IMG/VR virus record: IMGVR_UViG_2711768167_000007
Span: 1 to 14,399 of that record
Length of the DNA: 14,399 bases
Source of the DNA: a virus
Taxonomy: Duplodnaviria; Heunggongvirae; Uroviricota; Caudoviricetes
Direction: 5' to 3' (one strand)
Every line of letters begins with the position of its first letter. The first letter of the stretch is position 1. The position numbers and the translations under genes were made by a program. This document shows positions 7,660 to 13,085 of this stretch, one piece after another. Under the pieces are notes generated by a model. The model made no database searches, was not told where the DNA came from, and saw nothing but the letters and a program-made list of their open reading frames with translations.

Positions 7660-8088
7660 ATGAAAGATCTGACAACCACTGAGATATCGAACTTAAACCA
7701 CTTCGAAAAAGAATCCTTTGCATTAAATATTGCAAATCTGGTAGGTGCTGCTCGTACTTTCCATTTAATTGATGGTGATCGCTCTAAAGAATTGGGGTTT
7801 GAAGTCATGGAGTTTGTTCATGAATACGCCCTGTCTGCTACTTATCCATTACATAATCACATAATCAACAAACAACCAAATAAAATCCGCACCCAACGCG
7901 AAGCCTGCGGCTTAACAACCGCCGAACTCGCCAGGCTGCTCGATCTCGATGAAGAAATTATCATCCAGTGGGAAAGCGGAGAGTACGAACCAACCATCAG
8001 CATGCTTATCCCTCTGGCTAATGTTCTTGGCTGTGATCCAATGTTGTTATTGACTGATGCTTATAAACAAAATCAGGAGGAAGCATAA
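7660..8088 (+). CDS. HTH-XRE DNA-binding protein with uncharacterised N-terminal domain, 142 aa
   Basis: C-terminal segment IRTQREACGLTTAELARLLDLDEEIIIQWESGEYEPTISMLIPLANVLGCDPMLL is a typical XRE-family HTH; the N-terminal 70 aa are unrecognised. First gene after the oL-like region. Confidence 0.65.
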   Translation: MKDLTTTEISNLNHFEKESFALNIANLVGAARTFHLIDGDRSKELGFEVMEFVHEYALSATYPLHNHIINKQPNKIRTQREACGLTTAELARLLDLDEEIIIQWESGEYEPTISMLIPLANVLGCDPMLLLTDAYKQNQEEA

Positions 8089-8089
8089 G

Positions 8090-8281
8090 ATGAAAATGTT
8101 CAAAGGCCTTACCAACGAACCGGAAACAGCTTTTCATCACATTGCCGTACTGCTTGAAGCGGGGTTAATCATTTCGGCTTCCGGTGATGATGAATGTGAT
8201 GAACTTTCGGATGATATCTTTTTACTGGCACAACAATACGCCAGAAGCGCATGCGATGCATTTAAGGAGCAAAGAACATGA
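8090..8281 (+). CDS. Small acidic hypothetical protein, 63 aa
   Basis: ATG at 8090 is 2 nt after the upstream stop, with AGGAGG 9 nt upstream. Preferred over the track's 8057 start, which overlaps the upstream gene. Rich in Asp/Glu. Confidence 0.5.
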   Translation: MKMFKGLTNEPETAFHHIAVLLEAGLIISASGDDECDELSDDIFLLAQQYARSACDAFKEQRT

Positions 8282-8469
8282 AAACGCCCATGACTATGCT
8301 CGAATATGTAGCCGCAGAAATAAAAGAAAACACGTCAATGCTTGAGTTTATCTTTAAAAATTCGCCCGACTCAGGAGAGTTAGACGATTATTTATGTTGT
8401 CTCATCAGGTCCATGAATAAGACCTGTGAAATGGCTTACGAGTATATAGAAACACTACGTAACGAATAA
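8278..8469 (+). CDS. Small acidic hypothetical protein, 63 aa
   Basis: ATGA start/stop overlap with the preceding gene; AAGGAG 7 nt upstream. Acidic composition. Confidence 0.5.
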   Translation: MKTPMTMLEYVAAEIKENTSMLEFIFKNSPDSGELDDYLCCLIRSMNKTCEMAYEYIETLRNE

Positions 8470-8653
8470 AGAATACTCAATAAAAAATCACACATAAAAA
8501 CATGACGGCCTCTGGTCGGGAGTTTTCACAACCAGAAAATAATGGTGATACATGAAAAATAGAAGCGCTTATAAAACCGCCTTATTAATGGCTAATGCAG
8601 GATACTGGTCAGTTGCAATACTGTTTCTTAGGAAAGCATACGGGAAATAACAA

Positions 8654-9013
8654 ATGGCATATGAAATCATTGGTAAATATCGTCACCGCATAGTCACAAC
8701 AGCATTACAGCGGATGCAACGTAAAACAGGAGGAAATCTTCTCATCGTAAATCTTCCTGACGGAGGGTTAACTACCATCGAAATTACGGAACACTTCATG
8801 ACACAACTGTTATTACGATTTGAAGGTCTTACCCGTGTTGAATTTGGACGGACGGATGGCGAGACCGCAATACTTGCCGCATACCGGAATGCCATCAATA
8901 TTAATCAACACACTGAGTATCTAACTGAATCGGGGAAGTTAATTGTAGACAACCTTTTAAAAGAGGTTGTTGATTACGAAAAAGAAAAATATACCAGTGG
9001 AGGAATTAACTGA
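8654..9013 (+). CDS. Hypothetical protein, 119 aa
   Basis: ATG-initiated ORF after a 184-bp gap; stop overlaps the next ORF's start (TGATG). Confidence 0.5.
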   Translation: MAYEIIGKYRHRIVTTALQRMQRKTGGNLLIVNLPDGGLTTIEITEHFMTQLLLRFEGLTRVEFGRTDGETAILAAYRNAININQHTEYLTESGKLIVDNLLKEVVDYEKEKYTSGGIN

Positions 9014-9222
9014 TGTCTGATTTATCCCCTCTTATACACGAAAAAGTAAATATCGTGCTGACAATCGAGAACGGGAAAGTTATCCACGTGCGCCCGGTTC
9101 AGAACGGCGAGGTTACAGCATCGCTGGAGACTTTTTTATGGATGGCTGAACGCGCCGGTTACACGATCACCCCACCTGCAGGAGAGAAGGACAATGGCCC
9201 TGACAGCGATACGAATTCCTGA
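9013..9222 (+). CDS. Hypothetical protein, 69 aa
   Basis: ATG overlapping the upstream stop. Its 3' end overlaps the 9194 ORF by 29 nt, so one of the two may be shorter or not real. Confidence 0.4.
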   Translation: MSDLSPLIHEKVNIVLTIENGKVIHVRPVQNGEVTASLETFLWMAERAGYTITPPAGEKDNGPDSDTNS

Positions 9223-9415
9223 GCGGGTGCACCTGCAGGCGGTCCGTGTTCTCCGCAAGTTCAGAGCCAGACGAATTCATCCCTGTCGTATGCACGGCTC
9301 CGGAAACCTGAGTCTGAGGGTTAATCGCCGCTGGCGGCTGCTGTCCCGAGACGGCGGCCAGAACTGGGAAGTAATGAGCCATGAACGATACAGCAAAGTT
9401 AAGGACCGGAAATGA
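9194..9415 (+). CDS. Hypothetical arginine-rich small protein, 73 aa
   Basis: ATG at 9194 with GAGAAGGA RBS-like sequence just upstream; strongly basic (many Arg). Overlaps the preceding ORF. Confidence 0.3.
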   Translation: MALTAIRIPERVHLQAVRVLRKFRARRIHPCRMHGSGNLSLRVNRRWRLLSRDGGQNWEVMSHERYSKVKDRK

Positions 9416-9448
9416 ACAATAAACCTTCAAACCAAAAGGAGAGTATTG

Positions 9449-10027
9449 ATGATTAATTCAACCATTACCCCTGAACCTACATTAACAGGCATCCGTTTTG
9501 GTAATCGAATTATTGGTTATTCAACTGCGGTTCGCCAGATCGACAACGGTAACTATGACAAACGAATTCCGGACGGGCTCGATCTGATAGCTTGCATTAT
9601 GGAAGGGATTGAAAGCGGCTGGTTTATGCCGGGTATTGAAAAACAAATCATCCTATGGCGCTGGCTTGTTGTCGCCGTGTTCATTGCTGAGGAGCAGGAG
9701 AAGAACGGGACTGTCGATGTTCAGAATGACAAGGGCGGCGTAGATACAGCCGTTGTATACACAGGAAAACCCGGTTCAATCAGCATTTATCCGTGGTCTG
9801 AGCGCTTCACGCTCGCCAACCATATTGAGGCGGGCGCAATTGAAAAATACGGGCCTGACGTTGGCCAGCAGATGGCGCTGCGTATGTATCAGGACATGGT
9901 TGTAACTGACGAGAAATGCGGATTCAGGCTGTCAGCGATGGGCCAGGAGGGATTCAACATACTACATGACAGCTTCATTGAACTGATTCAGAAAGACGGT
10001 ATGCCAGACATGCCGGTTATGCACTGA
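9449..10027 (+). CDS. Hypothetical protein, about 192 aa
   Basis: The track ORF begins at a TTG (9446); the first ATG is at 9449 with AAAGGAGAG RBS 7 nt upstream. Followed 11 nt later by the next gene. Confidence 0.55.
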   Translation: MINSTITPEPTLTGIRFGNRIIGYSTAVRQIDNGNYDKRIPDGLDLIACIMEGIESGWFMPGIEKQIILWRWLVVAVFIAEEQEKNGTVDVQNDKGGVDTAVVYTGKPGSISIYPWSERFTLANHIEAGAIEKYGPDVGQQMALRMYQDMVVTDEKCGFRLSAMGQEGFNILHDSFIELIQKDGMPDMPVMH

Positions 10028-10038
10028 GGTGGACGAAA

Positions 10039-10788
10039 ATGAACATAGTAACGATCAATAACAAACAGTTTCCGGTAATCGACTATCGCGGTCAGCGCGT
10101 GGTGACGCTGGCGATGATTGATGAAGTGCACCAACGCCCAGACGGAACAGCGGGACGCAATTTCCGCGAAAACAAGTCTCGTCTTATTGAAGGGGAAGAC
10201 TACTTCGAATTAGGTTCCGACGAAATTCGTCGACACCTCCCTGACGGTACTTTCTCAAAATTTGCAGCAGCAGGAATTGTACTGGTCGAATCCGGTTATT
10301 TGATGTTGGTGAAATCCTTCACCGACGATCTGGCCTGGCAGGTTCAGCGCGAACTGGTTAACAGCTACTTCCGCACTCGCGCACCTCTTTCTGAAATCGA
10401 GATGATCGCCGCAATGGCCGCCGATGCCGTTCGCCAGCAGAAGCGCCTGAATCATGTGGAAGAACAGCTCGAAACAGTCACAGAAGCGGTGGAAACCATC
10501 AAACGCGGAAATATGCGCGCCGGATATGTCGGTTATCGCCAGGTGGTCGCCAAAAGCGGAATGACTGATGCTAAGTGCCGCAATCTGGTCAATGCCTACA
10601 GCATCCCAACCGATACGCACGAATTTATGACACCAGATGGTCTTCTTTCGCGCCGGGCTATCGTGGAGCTGGAGCCGTTCATGAAAGCATTTCATCAGAT
10701 GATGTCAGAGGCAGAGCCACGCGGCACACGCTGGTATCACCCGAAGATGGGACTTTTCCAGGTGATCGGATGGGAGGATAAAGCATGA
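10039..10788 (+). CDS. ORF6N/KilA-N-superfamily domain protein (antirepressor-like DNA-binding protein), 249 aa
   Basis: N-terminal segment QRVVTLAMIDEVHQRPDGTAGRNFRENKSRLIEGEDYFEL follows the ORF6N pattern (...RN..RF.eDF.F.L..eE) as I recall it. GAGGTGG RBS upstream. Coupled to neighbours on both sides. Confidence 0.6.
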   Translation: MNIVTINNKQFPVIDYRGQRVVTLAMIDEVHQRPDGTAGRNFRENKSRLIEGEDYFELGSDEIRRHLPDGTFSKFAAAGIVLVESGYLMLVKSFTDDLAWQVQRELVNSYFRTRAPLSEIEMIAAMAADAVRQQKRLNHVEEQLETVTEAVETIKRGNMRAGYVGYRQVVAKSGMTDAKCRNLVNAYSIPTDTHEFMTPDGLLSRRAIVELEPFMKAFHQMMSEAEPRGTRWYHPKMGLFQVIGWEDKA

Positions 10789-11354
10789 TCATCCAGTCAA
10801 AACTTATTCGCGCCGCTCTGGTGTGCGCTGCTAAAAACGACGTTCGTTATTACCTGAACGGTCTTCACATCACGCCGAAACATATTGAGGCAACCAATGG
10901 TTGCGTGGCACTGCGCATGGCTCACGGCATCCGGACGAAGAAAAACATCATTGTCCAGTTCGAAGGGGGCGTACCGGCCAAAGCCGAAACGACAGAGCTG
11001 ATTTTTAGTAAAGAGCCGATCGCTGTTCATCGCGACCAGTTTCAGCGACGACTGTCCATTACCGGCATAAAACTGGTGGACGGTTGTTTTCCGGATTTGG
11101 ATCGCATCATTCCGAAAAAGTTTGACCGCTGTACTCATCCGGTGATCCAGGCGGGTTACCTGAGTTATCCAGAGAAGATGTTTGGTCGTGAGCGTAAATT
11201 TATTCCCGTCCAGTTACGTCCCTCCGGTGACGGGCAAGCGGTCAGAATTCAGTTTGATTCCATCATCAACTCAATGTATGGCAATCCTGAATTTGTTGTG
11301 ATGCCTTGTCGTGATTATGGCGATTTCAACGTGGCTCAGGAGCATCCGGAATGA
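10785..11354 (+). CDS. Shortened beta-sliding-clamp (DnaN)-like protein, 189 aa
   Basis: Motif-level matches to E. coli DnaN recalled from memory: NDVRYYLNG vs QDVRYYLNG (start of DnaN domain II), KLVDGCFPDLDRIIPK vs KLVDGRFPDYRRVLPK (end of domain II), C-terminal EFVVMPCR vs AYVVMPMRL. ATGA overlap with the upstream gene; GGGAGGA RBS. Confidence 0.6.
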   Translation: MIIQSKLIRAALVCAAKNDVRYYLNGLHITPKHIEATNGCVALRMAHGIRTKKNIIVQFEGGVPAKAETTELIFSKEPIAVHRDQFQRRLSITGIKLVDGCFPDLDRIIPKKFDRCTHPVIQAGYLSYPEKMFGRERKFIPVQLRPSGDGQAVRIQFDSIINSMYGNPEFVVMPCRDYGDFNVAQEHPE

Positions 11355-11575
11355 AAATCGAATACCAGGACTATGGCGCCGTAGCGAACATCGTGATCAC
11401 CAGTTCCCGCCTGACATTGCAAAAGCATAACCGCGTTGTTGATGCGGTGCTGTTTAATGTACAGGGGATCTATGAAAACCGCAGCGGCTTTTTCTGGGTT
11501 AAGTCATCGTTGTCAGGAAAAACACGCGACATCCTGCGCGCCTACAAAATCGTACAGCGGGAGGCAAAGCGATGA
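11351..11575 (+). CDS. Hypothetical protein, 74 aa
   Basis: ATGA-coupled to the upstream gene, with CAGGAGC RBS-like sequence. Confidence 0.45.
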   Translation: MKIEYQDYGAVANIVITSSRLTLQKHNRVVDAVLFNVQGIYENRSGFFWVKSSLSGKTRDILRAYKIVQREAKR

Positions 11576-11667
11576 AGTCATTCCTCCTGTCCATGCTGTT
11601 TGGTCTGCTGCTGGCGTCCGTCGTTTTCGGTGCGCTGATTGAATATAAATTTTTAATGAATTACTGA
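11572..11667 (+). CDS. Candidate small hydrophobic (single-TM-like) peptide, 31 aa
   Basis: Not in the ORF track (too short). ATG at 11572 overlaps the upstream stop (ATGA). Translation MKSFLLSMLFGLLLASVVFGALIEYKFLMNY is dominated by a hydrophobic stretch. Confidence 0.3.
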   Translation: MKSFLLSMLFGLLLASVVFGALIEYKFLMNY

Positions 11668-11675
11668 GGTGCGGA

Positions 11676-12305
11676 ATGAGCAAGATCAAAAACCCAGTTG
11701 TACTTATCCATAAACGAGAAAATAGTGACTCCTACGCCGTTGCAATCACCTGCGGTAGCCAGAACTATCACGACGCCGTTCTGATGGCGTCGATGGAACT
11801 GGATATGAGTGACGATGATGTCGATACCTGGAGTAAAACCGGCTACTACATGGCTCAAGAAATCGAGCGACTTAAACAAGCGCTGTCCGCTGCGGAAAAT
11901 AATTTGATTGATTCCGAATGCCTCGTCGCTGAATTAAGCAAAGCAAAGAATCACGCATATGGGCTGGTCGACACATACGACTGGCAACGTCAGCGTCTCC
12001 ACGCAGCCGCAGAGAAAGTCATCAAATGGTGCAGACAAGAAGCTGAACACCGTACCGGCGACCCAGAGAAAGCAGAAAACTATGCGTGTGTTAAAGAACT
12101 ACGCGACGCATTAACTTTTTGCAAAAGTTCTGAAGGCAGCAAGAAGAAAGGCCTGACCATCACCCTGCCCGATATCACATCAAAGGCATTCTGGAGCGGT
12201 ACCGGAAAAAACGCAAAATTCCATCCGGAAACCTATAAACGCTGGGTGAAAGAAGCTGTCAAACGGGATTGTGTTATTGCCGGGATCGGCGTGGAGGTGA
12301 AATGA
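11676..12305 (+). CDS. Hypothetical protein, 209 aa
   Basis: ATG with GAGGTG RBS. No family recognised; occupies the region where lambda carries ea-type accessory genes. Confidence 0.55.
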   Translation: MSKIKNPVVLIHKRENSDSYAVAITCGSQNYHDAVLMASMELDMSDDDVDTWSKTGYYMAQEIERLKQALSAAENNLIDSECLVAELSKAKNHAYGLVDTYDWQRQRLHAAAEKVIKWCRQEAEHRTGDPEKAENYACVKELRDALTFCKSSEGSKKKGLTITLPDITSKAFWSGTGKNAKFHPETYKRWVKEAVKRDCVIAGIGVEVK

Positions 12306-12388
12306 TGAATTGGCCTGAAGCATTCACCGCAGTAGGAGTTGCAATAGCGGTGGCATTTATTCTGTATTCGCTTTTCCGCTGGGGATAA
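12302..12388 (+). CDS. Candidate small hydrophobic peptide, 28 aa
   Basis: Not in the ORF track. ATG at 12302 overlaps the upstream stop (ATGA). Translation MMNWPEAFTAVGVAIAVAFILYSLFRWG has one hydrophobic helix-length segment. Confidence 0.3.
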   Translation: MMNWPEAFTAVGVAIAVAFILYSLFRWG

Positions 12389-12392
12389 AGGA

Positions 12393-12635
12393 ATGTTCGC
12401 TCTGATTCAACGTGGTCAGATATACACCGATAGTGCTGGCTACCCGGTAAAAATTATTCGCTGCATAAACAACACTGTGTTGTACAGAAGAATGGATGGG
12501 AGAACACAGTCGGTAAAAATAAACGATTTCAATGAACTGTTTGAACGGATTGATCACCAGGAATACCGACAAATTCTGGCAGAAACAGAGCAGGAAGCTC
12601 ATCTGAAAAAATTACGGGCCATGAAAAGGAAGTAA
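12393..12635 (+). CDS. Hypothetical small protein, 80 aa
   Basis: ATG with AAGGA RBS 3 nt upstream. Basic C-terminus. No family recognised. Confidence 0.5.
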   Translation: MFALIQRGQIYTDSAGYPVKIIRCINNTVLYRRMDGRTQSVKINDFNELFERIDHQEYRQILAETEQEAHLKKLRAMKRK

Positions 12636-12638
12636 AGA

Positions 12639-12785
12639 ATGAATAAAGCATTTGAACTATGGGTGCGCCAGCGTTATGGCAATCGCTATGACCTGACGCG
12701 AGATGTTGACGGTTTCTACTGTCGTGAAATTGTGAAACGAATGTTTGAAGTGTGGTGCCACTGCCGTGGGCTGAGTGTTGTGTGA
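12639..12785 (+). CDS. Hypothetical small protein, 48 aa
   Basis: Not in the ORF track. ATG at 12639 with AAAAGGAAG upstream; translation MNKAFELWVRQRYGNRYDLTRDVDGFYCREIVKRMFEVWCHCRGLSVV. Confidence 0.35.
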   Translation: MNKAFELWVRQRYGNRYDLTRDVDGFYCREIVKRMFEVWCHCRGLSVV

Positions 12786-12793
12786 GGTAATGC

Positions 12794-13030
12794 ATGGGCA
12801 ATGTGATTCAACTGGCTCCCAATGAATGGGTTTGTGAAAGCGTTCTAATCGCAATTACCGGGCTCAAACCAGGCACAATTCTTCGGGCCCGAAAAGAATG
12901 CTGGATGGTTGGAAGAGAGTATATTCACGTATCACCAGACGGTAATCCAAAGCCTTCCAGTGAATGTATGTATAACAGAAAAGCAATAGATGCCTGGGTC
13001 GCTTCAATGAAAAACAAACAACCTGGGTGA
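12794..13030 (+). CDS. Excisionase-like protein (putative Xis)
   Basis: 78-aa protein immediately upstream of the integrase on the same strand. The segment GLKPGTILRARKECWMVGREYIHVSPDGNPKPSSECMYNRKAIDAWV resembles the putative-excisionase family of enterobacterial prophages as I recall it. Confidence 0.6.
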   Translation: MGNVIQLAPNEWVCESVLIAITGLKPGTILRARKECWMVGREYIHVSPDGNPKPSSECMYNRKAIDAWVASMKNKQPG

Positions 13031-13085
13031 TTTAATGCCATGAAGTATGTAAGCTCGTATCGCTCTTGGGCGTCTGGAGGTATCA

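Noticed and set aside
7780-7788. boxA-like sequence CGCTCTAAA inside the HTH gene (possible nut site)
   Set aside because: Imperfect match to boxA, no adjacent boxB-type hairpin, and located inside a coding region; probably coincidental.
8057-8089. Track start at 8057 for the first small acidic protein
   Set aside because: It overlaps the upstream gene by 32 nt and lacks an RBS, whereas the in-frame ATG at 8090 has AGGAGG at ideal spacing.
8683-9430. Minus-strand ORFs 8683-8898 and 9167-9430
   Set aside because: Antisense to the plus-strand early genes; Arg/Ser/Pro-rich translations typical of reverse frames of coding DNA.
9213-9569. Three ACGAATTC (EcoRI-containing) octamers within about 350 bp
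   Set aside because: Short repeats that could easily arise by chance within coding sequence; no associated structure.
10255-11879. Minus-strand ORFs 10255-10695, 10797-11138, 11661-11879 and plus-strand ORFs 10575-10781, 11436-11642
   Set aside because: Nested within or antisense to the coupled plus-strand operon; no independent start signals.
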